This document shows positions 1 to 12,860 of a stretch of DNA of 64,000 bases, one piece after another. The stretch comes from Tubulanus polymorphus. Its lineage: Eukaryota; Animalia; Nemertea. Numbering within the stretch: the stretch's first letter is position 1; the number at the start of each line of letters is the position of its first letter. The stretch spans positions 21,696,345 through 21,760,344 of the forward strand of contig NC_134028.1 of NCBI RefSeq assembly GCF_964204645.1. The letters are read 5' to 3'. The notes under the pieces are model-generated. The model was not told where the DNA came from, searched no databases, and saw only the letters and a list, made by a program, of their open reading frames with translations. The position numbers and the translations under genes are program-made.

Positions 1-57
1 AACCTGCGCTATGGTTTCGATCGGCTCCCGGAAATAATCACACGTATGTTTACAAAC

Positions 58-2298
58 CTGGCTTTGAAGTCGGAAGAACCGGCGGCAAACAGCACATTGT
101 TCGGATGCCAATCGATACTGAGAATAAACACATAAATTCAGTTAATGACTGTTATCAAGAGTATACAATTTCCGATAAAATAAAATTGAGAGTATCAAAA
201 TGGCAATGAAAATTATTGTTTGCATGAATACAGAACATTGGTCTCTCATTCATCAGCTAGATCAATATTTCATACATTACCTCGTCACAGTTGATCTCAG
301 CGGCTTCTTGATATGTTTGCTGACCCACCAGTCGTATTCCTTCTCGAAATAACAGATCGCGATCAGGCGAGCGCCGCTGGCAACCGCGAATTTATCTTCT
401 ACGAAATTAAAAAGCATTCGTTGTCACGGCAATTTCTCAAAAATCGCAAAATTATTTTCTTCGCAAATTAAAAAAATTCGCAGCGATGATTTCTCGCAAA
501 TCGCAATCTCTTATTCGCAAATAGTGAATGATGGATTCTCAAAATTATGAAGAACTTTTACGACAGACATTTCTTCAATAATTCATTATGGTAATCTTTC
601 TTCTGAAACTTAACTAATTTCTATTCATTTTCGTCTGACATCAATCTTTTGGGATATTTCGCTTAATTTTTTACCTGAATTTGGTCTCAATAGGAACAGT
701 GAAACTGTGCAGTCCAAATTATCGCATTGAAGGATTGCCAAAAATTCTTCATTTTCTCATGTTGAAATGAGAGAAAAGATCAGCCATTTTTGAAATTCTA
801 ACAATACATTTCCCGTGTTTCCATGCCTGCGAATCATGATTCTTGAAAATATTTCAAATTGTAGGCATGGAAACATATTGTCAAAATTGATTTATTTCAT
901 AAAATGGAGTCGTTTTTTTTCTGATTCAAATGAGTTAAAGACACTTTTTGGCAATCTCTCAATACATTGCAAAATGAATATAAAAATGATGGTTTATCTA
1001 GACTGCACAGTTTCACTGCTTGTATTAATTGAGAAATGTCTTCTAAAGATTAAGAGAAAATCCCCAAAAAATCGATGTCAGTCAAAAAAATAGACTTAGT
1101 ACAGCTGCAGCCAAAGCCACCACGCGCTCAAATACAGAGAATATATGACATTATTGTTTGATATTAGATAGAAACGGATTAGACGTTGTACCTTTAGGCG
1201 ACCAGCGTACACACGTGGCTGCTCTATTGATACGCAATATAACCAATGTCGGCTTCCATTTACCATCGACGAAAGTCCAAACGTAAGCATTACGATCCTA
1301 GAAAGTCAAAAAAGAATAATCAGTACTATCATAAAGCAGATCATCCAACTGACGGTACAAATTATATCTGTGCTTCGATTTTTTCATCTCAAAATCAAAC
1401 CCTCAGTTTCGTTATCGGCAGGTGAGGTCCGTTCGTAAAGGACACCGCTGTGCTCTCTCAGCTCCAGCTAAAACACGACTAAATACTTCTTCAAACGGAT
1501 AACACGTTAATGAAACGTGCCGCTAATGGCCATCTTTAATTACATCATCAATTAGGCCACAATTGACAGGGTGCACTGCCATAGCCTATATGATACTGTA
1601 TTTATCCATTGATATCAAATACACTACAACCACCAAATAAGCATAAAACCAAATAAATTGCCCATGGGTAAAGTGGTTTACCTTGCAAACTGGAGCTTAA
1701 AACCAAATTAATCAAATAGTTCACAGAGAATTCCCTATTTCAAGATTAGTTGACTTAATGCATCGGTATTTTATTGTATTTCATCCTATCGTATCTTATT
1801 GTATTTTGTATTTAAACTTACAACTCCGCAGGTAACGATTCTATTCTGATCCGCTCCCCAATCGATACTAGTCACGCGCTGGGTGTGCTCCTTCAATGTG
1901 TGCACGATCTCCCATTTTCCAGCTTTTTGCGAATAGATGTTCACTTCGGCATTGTTCAACGACAGAGCCAGTGCTTCATCCGAAACAAAAAATAGGAAAA
2001 ACAATCAAAGAATCTAAAATGACTTCTAAATTTTAGTTCTTAATTTTCAGTTTTTTCTCAAATGACCCACCCAGTGATAGTGAAGTTGGTTAAAGATATC
2101 CGATGGATAAATAAACCATAGTAACGATGAAATTTTAATTGTCACTATGTCAACTACCCACTGGTTATCTCTTACCAACTTTTGAGCAACTGATTACTCA
2201 TTTCTATAAGACTAACTGTTACAATCTTACTCACAAGTTCTATCCTTATTCCAAGCGTGACAAGAGATGGAATGGGCTCCAAAACTGTATGAAGACAT
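58..2298 (-). CDS. ARPC1A: Actin-related protein 2/3 complex subunit 1 (p41-Arc, WD40), 5' part; gene continues beyond the left edge
   Basis: GT-AG exons 2298-2235, 1973-1822, 1297-1192, 398-281 and 117-58 splice in frame to [35 protein letters not shown]...[11 protein letters not shown]...RIVTCGVDRNAYVW...[21 protein letters not shown]...[57 protein letters not shown], the recognisable ARPC1 N-terminus. Probable non-coding exon ends at 2738. The A/B paralog label is nominal for an invertebrate. Confidence 0.95.
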
Positions 2299-3152
2299 AC
2301 TGATCCTATATTCGGCAAGAGAAATGAAATAATCACTTAAAATTTCTGCAATAATCTGATATCAGTTTAACCAGGTTTCTCTTTCAGTGCCGACTGGTTA
2401 ATACTCACGTGTTGGGGATAATTTGAGAATCTTAACAAATTTTACCTCAGTATGCTAATTGGACATTACACCGCTTTAGTGCGTCTACACCGCAGTGCGG
2501 TGCATCGTTATTACTAATATTTCACTAAAAACTAATTACTAATAACATTAACGCACCGCGACGCGTGATACTGTGTATTAGCAAGGCCAAACACCGATAC
2601 ATACACCGTACAGAAAGGGTTAATGAGTAGACTGCGTACCCCGGAGCCGATGGCCTCAGATAATGGCACGCCCCAGGCACAATAAAAAGAATGAGTTGAT
2701 ATCGATAGGCTTCATAAAAAAATGATTTAGTTCTTACCTCAAATTGATTTGACTTAATGTTGAAAACAGCTGTTATTCAATATTCGCGGACTCTGGTCAG
2801 TCGACACGAATAATTCCTGGCTGAAATGTGGAAATATATATAGGCCTATAGGAAGTGGATATTTTGCCAATGCGGGATTATTTTTAGTAGGCCTAAACGT
2901 TATTTTGCCAATGGCTATAAAGATATAGTAACAAAATATAACAATGAAATCCTTATATTGGGTTCACGGTTAGGGTTTCGCTAGGTTAGGGTCTAGAGGG
3001 TAAGGGATAGGGTTCGTTAGGGCGAGGTTTAGGGCCCGTTTTTACCCCTAGGGATAGGGTTAGGGTAAGGTGAAATATGTAGTGAAAACTTTTGGGTGGT
3101 TTTGAGTGAGCCCGGTGGTCTAGTGGAAAGACGTTAGGCTAGCAATCTGCTG

Positions 3153-3541
3153 CGGTCCTCCTTATTAACGAGATGACATGAAATATATTCATTTATTCCT
3201 TATCGATTTTATCACTTTAAATCATATTATATCAGTAATAAATAAATACCTTATAGAGTCATATTTTACATATTTTGTCGGATAATTTTGTAGAAAAATA
3301 ACTTTAAACTTTACCGAGATGAGATCGTCAATCAATCAAATTCAATGAAATTTTACTGCTAACCGAGATGACGTATTTGAAGTCAATATTTTTTCTACAA
3401 AATATGTAAAATATGACTCTAGAAGGTATTTATTTCTAATATAACATGATTTCAAGTGTTAAAACGGTTAAGAAATTAACAAAAATGTTATATTTCATGT
3501 CATCTCGGTAAATTGTGTCATCTCGGTAATTAGGAAGACCC
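3153..3541. mobile_element. Foldback MITE with 8-bp target-site duplication inserted into a tRNA-like sequence
   Basis: Termini CGGTCCTCCTTATTAACGAGATGAC / GTCATCTCGGTAATTAGGAAGACCC with ~140-bp imperfect inverted arms; ATCTGCTG lies on both sides (3145-3152 and 3542-3549). Confidence 0.75.
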
Positions 3542-3790
3542 ATCTGCTGGGCTGGGTTCGAATCCCGCTCTGCTGCTGGTAAATTGTGTCATATCGGTAA
3601 TTAGGAGGACCCATCTGCTGGTCTGGGTTCGAATCCCGCTCTGCTGCTGGTAAATTGTGTCATCTCGGTAATTAGGAGGACCCATCTGCTGGTCTGGGTT
3701 CGATTCCCGCACTGCTGCTGGTAAATTGTGTCATCTCGGTAATTAGGAGGACCTATCTGCTGGTCTGTGTTCGAATCCCGCTCTGCTGCT
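3507..3790. repeat. Tandem repeat, 4 x 71 bp
   Basis: Unit GGTAAATTGTGTCATCTCGGTAATTAGGAGGACCCATCTGCTGGTCTGGGTTCGAATCCCGCTCTGCTGCT starts at 3507, 3578, 3649 and 3720. Confidence 0.95.
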
Positions 3791-3970
3791 ATTTTCTTTG
3801 AATTTTCTAAGTCGCGCACCTCAATGCGCATGCGCGGCATCAATTAGCAATTCAGAATGTGCCACTGGCAAAATAGCGTTAACGGAATAATGCTGCATTG
3901 GCAAAATATCACCTGCCATATATATTATGGTTTTTGCGTTAATTAATTAGAAGTTAGTAGTAGTAGTACA

Positions 3971-4600
3971 TCGTCGTACGACCACAGGCACTTGAATATG
4001 GGCTAATAAAATTTATCGTAATCTACGATAAACACACCAACGGCGTTGCCATCTTAATTATCCATGATGAAACTGTTTTACCCATGATCCAATGCGCATC
4101 CCTCGTCTACCTATACTATACAAAAAGGCTGGAAATGCTTCTATCTCCGTAGTGCTTAAATCTACCCGCGAATATCGGGACAGATGACGTCACCGCAATC
4201 CCGAAGAGGCATCGCGAATTTTCAAAAATCAATTTTGTTGCCAGTTAAAATCTTTAATGGAGCTAAAAGTAAAACAGTGTCCATGTTTCCAAAAAAATCA
4301 TCTACAATTGAAATTATGGGCGCTCCTTATATTTCAGGATTAAAATTGACACTAAGGACGTACGTCGACAATCATAGGCATCGATAATTGCGGGTAGATT
4401 TAAGCATTACCTACGGAGATAGGATCGTTTCCAGCCTTTCTGTATAGTATAGTTAAGCGACGGGCGCGCCTTGCATCATGGGTAAAATATTATAAAACAT
4501 GGTGAATTACCGAAGTAGGAACAACGTATCGCAGGTGAATTATTAAATATTTATCCATTTTCAAAGCCCATATTCAAGTGCCTGTGGTATGGTACGACGT
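3971..4600. mobile_element. Foldback MITE with ~210-bp inverted arms
   Basis: CGTCGTACGACCACAGGCACTTGAATATGGGCT pairs with AGCCCATATTCAAGTGCCTGTGGTATGGTACGACG; inner arms TGCTTAAATCTACCCGC / GCGGGTAGATTTAAGCA. Confidence 0.8.
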
Positions 4601-5429
4601 ACCGGCGTACGTCAAAAAAGTCGGGACCCGCCCCAATTTTACTTTTTTTATTGATACAACGACATCGTCGTATTTCAAGAATGTTTTTATGGGAAGATAT
4701 GTGGTATATTTTGACTTGCAGTTTCTGTTATTGCGTCATGTTCTAGGCCTATAGATTGCGTTAATTTTTGTAAAATTCTTACGATTTCTCGATTTCGGAA
4801 TCAATGACTTCCGGGTTTATGGCTTTCGTCTAGAACGGGAAGGCTCCGTCGCCCATACTAAAAACCGACTGGAACCGACCGGAGCCGGTTTCATCGTCAT
4901 GTATAGAAAAAATATTAATGAAATAATTATGTTATTGTTGTTTATTTTCGATTCGAGCTCCAGTCGGTTTCCAGTCGGTTCCGGTCGGTTCCGGTCTTTT
5001 CACTGTTTCCCCCGCCGGCTCCGGGCTCATACCGGTTTATAAAAACCCTGTGCCGGAATTAGTCATGTGCATGGCCGAGCTTGTCACGGCCGGGTTCTTT
5101 CCGCGGAATCTTCTCTGAGTACGACTCACAGTGGAGAAGCCGAAAACGCGAGCGCCACGGCCACCCCCTCCGAAAAAAAACGTATTCTGGAGCGAGTCTG
5201 TAGGACAAGTTTTCTCGTTACCAGGTAGTTTTAAGTTAGATTTAAACTACAACTGCTACTTCAATTTTACAGTAAATTTTTCAATTCCATCTTCGGCGTC
5301 CGAATGTGTATAGGCCTACAGGTACGTTCATGCTGGTGTGTTTTGTGAAAAGCTTGACGAGACCGAATTAGGCTACTGAATACCGTACAGTGTTGGCGTA
5401 CGAAAACAAGTAAACAAAAGAAAGATAAG

Positions 5430-5672
<243 letters not shown>

Positions 5673-6333
5673 AATTAACTCTGAAGAATTTATTTCACAA
5701 CACGGGTTTTTTGTCTCTAACTTCCTTTCAACTTCAAGGCTGGCTGAAAGTTTTTGGTAAACAATGCCTTTCATTTCACTGCATTGTGCTTCCCACAGAA
5801 TCGGGGCGACGGTTTCAATATATAGATATTATTTACCGTGAAAATTGCAGTCTTTATTTCACGTAAAATATCTTGATTGTGATTATTGTAAGGGACAGTA
5901 GCCTTGAACCTTAGCGCTGCGTTATAAAAGAAAATGTTCTATTTTTTTTGTTATCCGTCAATAAACCGCTAATCAACGTGCTTGTAAAAACTCGTAGTCG
6001 TCGTGTATTAGATTCTTTTTAGTCATATCGTTGTTTCTCTTATTGTGGGTTGTACTAGAAAACCACAATATAGCGAACAAAAGAAAGTCTATAACGATTC
6101 TGTATAAACTGAATCTATTGTTAACTATTTTCGTCCTATTGCAAAACATCTAAAGCTTTTCCTAGATCACATGCATATAAAAGGTTTATATCAGGAACGA
6201 AGAGTAAGCGGACATCAACTATCAAAAAAATGTAGACAAAATATATCAGTTCTCTTTATGTATATGAATTATTATGAAATGAATTAAAAAAGAAAATATG
6301 TCAATGTATGTAGAATAAACTATTAAAAATATA

Positions 6334-9300
6334 TTAATGAAATTGTCGAAAGTCGATGTATTTTTCAACATCGTATTCTTTGGTTGAGATTCCAAATCGT
6401 TCGCAAATCTTCAATAATTTCTCTTTCGCTTCATCAAAATCATCAGCTTTAACACCGATATTACAGAGTGGTCCTTCCGTATCGATATCGGCGATATCAT
6501 CAACTTTACGTGTTTGAAGCGGGGTGAATAGAATCTCACCAGATTTCCACAAGTCATTGATTTCATCCATTCGATTCCAAATATGAGCGTGAACTGATTG
6601 TAAACAATTGATACCTACAAAATGTCCGCTAGGGGCGGGCCTGTAGACGTGAGGTTTCACTGCGCAGGCGCACATGAATACGCATCTCAGTATATCAACT
6701 CTGTATAATTCTTTTATCCAATGCCTCAGGTAAGATCCTCCCATACGAGCGTTGATTTCAATCAGTTTCGGTCCTGCCGGCGTCATCATGAATTCTACGT
6801 TAAAAACACCACTGGTCAAACCTATGGCCAAACAACATTGATAAGCAGCGGTTATTAACTGCATCACCTTATCCGAGGGTAAGCATGATGGCATACAAGC
6901 TCCGGTTTCGATACAGGCTCCGCTTCTGGTCGGACCATTGTCACTTGGGAAAGCCGCAATAAGCTGACGTTTATACAACACCAGATCCACATCGTGTTCC
7001 GTTCCTTCTAGAAATGGCATCATCATCATGCTATTTCCAAAACCTTTCCCGACAATTCCTTGCTTGCAATCCTCTGAGGTCAGCTTATTTCTAACCAGAT
7101 TGAAATACGTTTTGCATTCGTATATATCTTGAACGCGTTTAGCGCCTATTGCAGCTGCTCCGAATTCCCGTTTGATGAAGCAAGGATACGACATCGATGC
7201 CTCGTCGATGTCTCGTTCGCTTTCGACTTCGACGCTTTTCTCGGCGTAAATTCGCGGTTGAGGGAAGTGTTTATATTCGCTGCGACTTACGAGAAGCGTT
7301 TTCTGCGTCGAAGATTTTTTCTTCGCTGTTCTTGAGCCCTTCAGACCGGAACCGTTCAGCGATAACAATTCACAAATGTGAGAGCACAAACAAACGCAGT
7401 CTTCCCAGACTGTGCAACAACCATCTACTTTAAGACCACAATTTGCGAGTATTTTGCTGATATTGACGGCGTGCTGATCATCCCGAGTGTGATCAGTAAA
7501 GTCATAGTCGATAAATCGAGTTACATCTGGAATGTCACCTGACTTGCGGTCAACAAGAATGATCTAAAAACACAGAATATATGAAAATGTTTTTCAATTT
7601 TTTCATCAAGAAAACTGTGTTATATATACAATACGTTGATTCTGATTTCACGTTAACACATTCTATGTAAAAAGTGTTGATGTATATGAATCAAATTATA
7701 CGTAGCTTACTTTTAAATTCTCTTCTTTGGCCACAGACCACGTGTATGCTTTATTTGGACCTCCTTTCGCTAAAACTACAATAACTTTACCCCACATCGT
7801 ATATGTTTGAGATTGTTCACACATCCTCTCAACCAATGGAATCACTGATGCTCCTAGGTGCCCGTCGTTAGATGCGCACAACGGATGGCTGTCCAAACTT
7901 TTTAAGCAGCTTTTAACGCCGATCCCAATTGGACAATAGCGACCATCGCGTTTTGCCAAGACGAAGTCCACAGCTACAAAAATATGCAAAAAGGGGGTGA
8001 AGGCTAAAAACATGAGACCTAGCTTCTCATAATCGGCCGGGTCACTTGTAAACTGCAATAAGATCTGTTAGTTCATTTCTATAACTGCCGGGTCTATTAT
8101 TGTTAGCTTGATCGCGATTTAAAAAAGCAATGTAGAGGGTAGATGGGTGGCCGGCCGTGTCAATTTTTAAGCTCAGCAGAAATAAGAAACAAGGTATCAT
8201 GTTTTTAGATGTATGACATTGTCTTTAGACATATCAGCGAAACTACACGTTATTTGTAACGCGTTTGTCACCTATGCAATCCGATTGCGTTTCGGCATTT
8301 TCATTATTATTTTCCTGATGAATTATTTCTCGTAGCAAGTTTTCGGAATCGTTCTTCAGTTGGTTTTTAATTCTATTTATATCTGATGTTTCTACGTCCC
8401 ATTGTAGTAGAGTCGTTTCGAGTGACTGCGGTGTTGTGTTATCGCTGGTGATTGGCTCGTTTGTGCGACCGACTCTGCATATGAAACCGGTCGTGATTGG
8501 TCGATCACAGTGCCCTCTGCATGTGATAGCTCGAACTCGGAAGGACAGATCATTTATTTCTTCAGCCGCTGAAAGAAATTTTGATATAACACAGAAAATA
8601 TTTGAGGGGTAGACTTCTACAGGAGCACAAAGACATTAAACTGGCATCATACTTTTATCTCTTTAAAAGGGCAAGTGTCCAAGCGCCTTGGATGCATAGC
8701 CAAAGATAGGGGTCTTGAAAATTGTGAAATAACAGTGCATTCCTTGAAATTTCCAGGCACTTGAGTAACATCAAAAATGAATATTAGCGTATATAGATCC
8801 AAGTCTTGTTTATAAGGCTGCGGACTGTCAGTTGTTTTTCAAGAGGGCACAGGAAAATTGCGACGGAAGCACGTCCGGATCCACCCATGAGACATCAATA
8901 TGTATTATCATGGACTCTAAACACGAAGTAGAGCTGTTCTACAGTTTCGAGTTTGAGTTGAAATCAGTGCATTTTCAATGTTCTAACTCTAGAGTCAAAT
9001 CTATAACTCAGTACTGAGCATCCATGATATTATTATCATTATTTCATTTACGTACCAGGTGAACCTGGGTGGTAGAATTTCTCTATTAATACACAATCTC
9101 CAGGTTCAGACTGCGACAATAAAATATACGTCTTGTTACAGATATTCTCCTGATCAGATTCATCGTGAATATAAACTCTTTCTTCACGACTCCCCGCTGC
9201 TGCCTTTCTTAAAAGTCTCACCAAAATCTGTTACAGAAAAATTCAAATAAAACTGTATGTGGTATATATACTTGAATAAGTGAATAGAATCGATAGACGT

Positions 9301-10075
9301 AGTGTATGGTCCTAAAGATTACCTTGTCGCCAGGGGAATCAAGTTTTAGCAGAAATCCTTGCAAATTTGTATTAACCGCATTCTTCAAGTCAGCTTTCAT
9401 ATCGACATCATGTGTATCTATACAAGCGTTTCCCGGTATATCGTATTTGCGAGGGGCGTCGTTATACAATGCTAATGTTTCAGGGAAACTAACTCCAGCT
9501 TTAGCCATCAAAATACGTGTCCAGATCTTATCATCGAGTTTCCTATTGATCGAACTCGACGTCGGACAATCTAAATCTAACTTGAAATCTGCTATTCCCG
9601 GTTCATCGTCGCTAAAATTATTCATCAAATAAGTCACCCTCCTCGGTGGATCGAATACATTGAGGAAACTGGCACCACCGTTGTACATCGATATCGCTTT
9701 ATGCAGGAAGATCGTCTTCAGCGCAGGATTTCGATCACTTCGTTCTATGGACAGCCAAGAGGTCGATAAAACGAGATGCACGTTACCCGCACATGATTGG
9801 CCACCTTGCAGTAGAACGGGCATACATTCGACGGGTGATGATAGTATAACGATGTTTATACCTGTTTCTGGTAGTTTTGTTCTGGGCGTTATCGTAAGAT
9901 CTTTAGTTTCTGGATAGTTTGTTTCATACAGCGTGTATTGTAGAACGTTATAGTAGTGTTTGACTCGGTTTTTGTCATTGTCAGACATTTGCTGCTGATC
10001 GGATATCAAGGATTCGAGATTCACTTCCTGGTTCCATTCGCAATAAGGCAGTTCATTCAGTGTTGATGAAGACAT
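6334..10075 (-). CDS. CARNS1: Carnosine synthase 1-like ATP-grasp ligase, 5 coding exons, ~904 aa
   Basis: GT-AG exons 10075-9323, 9227-9056, 8568-8272, 7973-7711 and 7563-6334 join in frame. Motifs ILSSPVECM, FDPPRRVTY, LDDKIWTR, FRVRA.TCR, NTTPQSLE, VDFVL, EGTEHDVDLVL, SDNGPTR, GVFNVE and KLIEINARMGG.YL match CARNS1/ATPGD1. Substrate is not established. Confidence 0.9.
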
Positions 10076-10407
10076 TGCGATTTCCCTTTAAAATCATGAA
10101 AATGATAACACAGGTTACTGACTAAACATGCCCTTAAAACCCTTTATAGATAATCGTGGACCTAAGTCAATGGTTTTATGAAACTGAATCGCATTCAACG
10201 CTTCTAATAAATGATCTTTATGAACATGCGTCAAGTTATTTTGTCTATTAAAAATAAAGTTGAATTGCTGCTCGTCCGACAAATACGTACACTGTATGTA
10301 ACTGTTGGACGAGCAGCAATTCCTGTCAGTCCGCCCTCGAGATTATCCGCCATTCTCGCTAGTATCCGCCGTAAAATGTATGTGTACCGATTTCCCAAAG
10401 ACTGGCT

Positions 10408-11692
10408 TACGATTACGGTTACGATTACGATTACGATTACGATTTATTTACACTCCAACCATTTCCATGGTATATGGAGGAAAACTACTACACATGTATA
10501 TACGAAATATTTACAAAACAACACTGAAGTGATTAAAATTTAGGAATGAAAACGTAACAAAATGTATATACATCAACTATTTACAATACTATATATACTA
10601 TTGGAGGGATCTATATACATCTAAGCCGGTCTTAATGAATGTAGCTAATTTGACCGTTGGGTTTTTCAGAATATCAAGGGTATTAAAGGTATTCAAATTC
10701 AAATAGTTTTTGCGGGGTTCGTTAAATAAGGTACAGTCAAACAGAAAATGGGATTCGTCACCTAAAGTATTACAAGTGGGGCATATTCTATCGGCTCTGT
10801 CTAAATGAAGGTTTGAAAATTTGTTCACAGGTAAAATATAGGACCCGACCCTAAATTCAAATAAACTAGTTCCTAAGTCATCACCAAGTTCTATTATATA
10901 CTTCTCTAACCTAATATCATTTTTATATTGCCTAAAGTTAGTGTATATCGGATTAGTATTTATGGCAGATACGGTTTCTTGAAGGTGCTGGTGTGGAGTA
11001 TCTGTTTTATTCGTTTTGAAAAAGATTTACTGTTAGTCATGAATTGCTGCGTCCAAATGCAGGACAAACCACAGCCATCAAAGGTTTTCTTTATATATGA
11101 TAACCAAGGGCTCATAAATTTATCCCTTGAAAATAAATTGAAAGATATTTTGTAAAGTATTGAATTAAGTTTGGTTTGCTTTCCAGATACTGTTTTAACC
11201 CAAAAGTTAACCATCCTGCGTCTAACATCTATATTCAAAGGATAACGTCCTAGCTCTGATAAAACTTGTAAGTTGCGAGAATATTTCGTCACTTTCATTA
11301 AGATTTTACAGAAGAAGCAATGAATATTTTCGAATAAATCAAGATTTTCGTATCCCTAGATCTCACACCCATACATGGCTATTGGAGCAAAACACATATC
11401 AAATAATTTAAACATAACATCTATGGGCAATTTCAAACGTCTGCCTTTTTGAACGATCGAAAACATAGCTCTCATAGCTTTATCGTAAAGATACTTTTTT
11501 GCCTTAGCAAAGTTACCATTCCAATTAAATTTTACTCCGAGATAAACATAATCTTCAACTACCTCTAACTCTTGATCACCAAACATAAATTTCGAAATCG
11601 TTTTTATCCGGGATTTACTTCGCGCAAATACTAGTACTTTAGTTTTCTCTGAGTTAACAGTGAGACCATTAGCCGCACAATATTCGAATAAG
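10408..11692 (-). mobile_element. 5'-truncated LINE (CR1/L2-like clade), degenerate RT C-terminus with tandem-repeat tail
   Basis: ORF pieces LEVVEDYVYLGVKF, LFDMCFAPIAMYGCEI, VLSELGRYPL and RICPTCNTLGDESHFLFDC; 3' end AATAAA followed by (ATCGTA)n at ~10408-10445. Confidence 0.85.
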
Positions 11693-11845
11693 GCTTATGT
11701 CGACAAGCAACGCGACGCCTACCGACGCAACTGGGTTTATCGCCGATCAGTGGCGCGCAACTAGCGGTCTACGAGAGGCCGCCAGTTGCTACTCTATCGG
11801 TTCGACATAAGCCGGCTTGCGACGGCAACCCGACGCCTACCGACC

Positions 11846-11918
11846 GGGAATCAAATTTTAGCAGAAATCCTTGCAAATTTGTATCAACCACGTCTTTCAA
11901 GTAAGCCTTGATATCGAC
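11846..11918 (-). pseudogene. 73-bp diverged duplicate of the end of CARNS1 coding exon 1
   Basis: Aligns without gaps to 9334-9406 (VDIKAYLKDVVDTNLQGFLLKFDS vs VDMKADLKNAVNTNLQGFLLKLDS). Confidence 0.8.
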
Positions 11919-12684
11919 CAAGTATTTGTCCGTCTGACAAATAGACGCACGCACTTGTATTGTGGGTTCATAATCCCCATTCGCTCCGATTTTTCTCGGC
12001 TTTTATTCTCTTTTTTTGTAAAATGTTTATTAATACAATCCTGTTTATAACCTGACTATTTGTTGTCATCAGCGGTGAAAAAAAATATTCCCGAATTTCA
12101 TTTACGCGTTTTTTTTTAAATTCTTTAATGAGACCGAATTCATGTACATGTACTTTGTTATCGGGTCAATCGGTTAAAGACAATAATTCTTGAATTCTGA
12201 ATTTTGTATAACTACATAGCGTACAAATGAGAACGTGTGCCCATAAAATACGATATTGAGGGGGTTCGTGAACTTTGGTGGACAGCGGGTCTTACTGATC
12301 TTAATTCCTGAAAATAGTTCACATATTCACACGGGTAACGTGTGATCAGCGTAGCAGTCAACTCATTCATATCTCGATGCGTTCAGACGTGTAGTGTAGT
12401 CGTGTGGAATTTTGCAGGATTTGACTCATGTTGAGGCTAATCCTATTTTGTGTAAGAAGGCAGGGGTTGATCCAGGGACTACATTAAACTACCTTCAAAA
12501 TCTAAAAGGGCACTTAGGGCAAGGATATAACACAACATGTGGTGCCTCTTTTTATTTGTGTTCACCAATCTTCTCAAAAGATAGATTTTTTTTTTCACAA
12601 AAATCTACTACTTTGATTTTAAAAGGGCATTTTGGAAATTTATATTGCCTTCTGGAAGGCATGGAAGGTACGCTGGAACCGCCA

Positions 12685-12860
12685 CTGCTTGAAGGACTAC
12701 GTATATAGATGATAATAGAGTCCGGTACTACGTATATCGTGAAAGAAGGACTATAAAAATCATGACAGTCCGGTATTGTAAAAGAAGGACTATAAAGATG
12801 ATATCCAGTCCGGTATTGAAGAAGGACTAACAAGATGAGACCATGGTCCGTTAAAAATGA
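12685..12860. repeat. Degenerate ~35-40-bp tandem repeat
   Basis: Recurrent GAAGGACTA...GATGA...GTCCGGTA units, about 4-5 copies. Confidence 0.7.

Larger units (their letters stand above)
2851..3917. mobile_element. Non-autonomous TIR element containing degenerate TTAGGG-like repeats and nested insertions
   Basis: Left end GATATTTTGCCAATGC...AACGTTATTTTGCCAATGGC is mirrored by GCCACTGGCAAAATAGCGTT...GCATTGGCAAAATATC at 3861-3910; TA-rich flanks; GGTTAGGG-like tract at ~2960-3070. Confidence 0.7.

Noticed and set aside
2960-3070. Interstitial telomere
   Set aside because: The TTAGGG-like units are highly degenerate and lie inside a TIR element.
3108-3575. Functional tRNA gene
   Set aside because: A- and B-box-like halves are separated by a 389-bp insertion, and I could not support a full cloverleaf.
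3507-3790. Possible CRISPR array and ORFs 3530-3712 / 3601-3843
   Set aside because: Units are repeated end to end with no unique spacers, the context is eukaryotic, and the ORFs merely read through the repeat.
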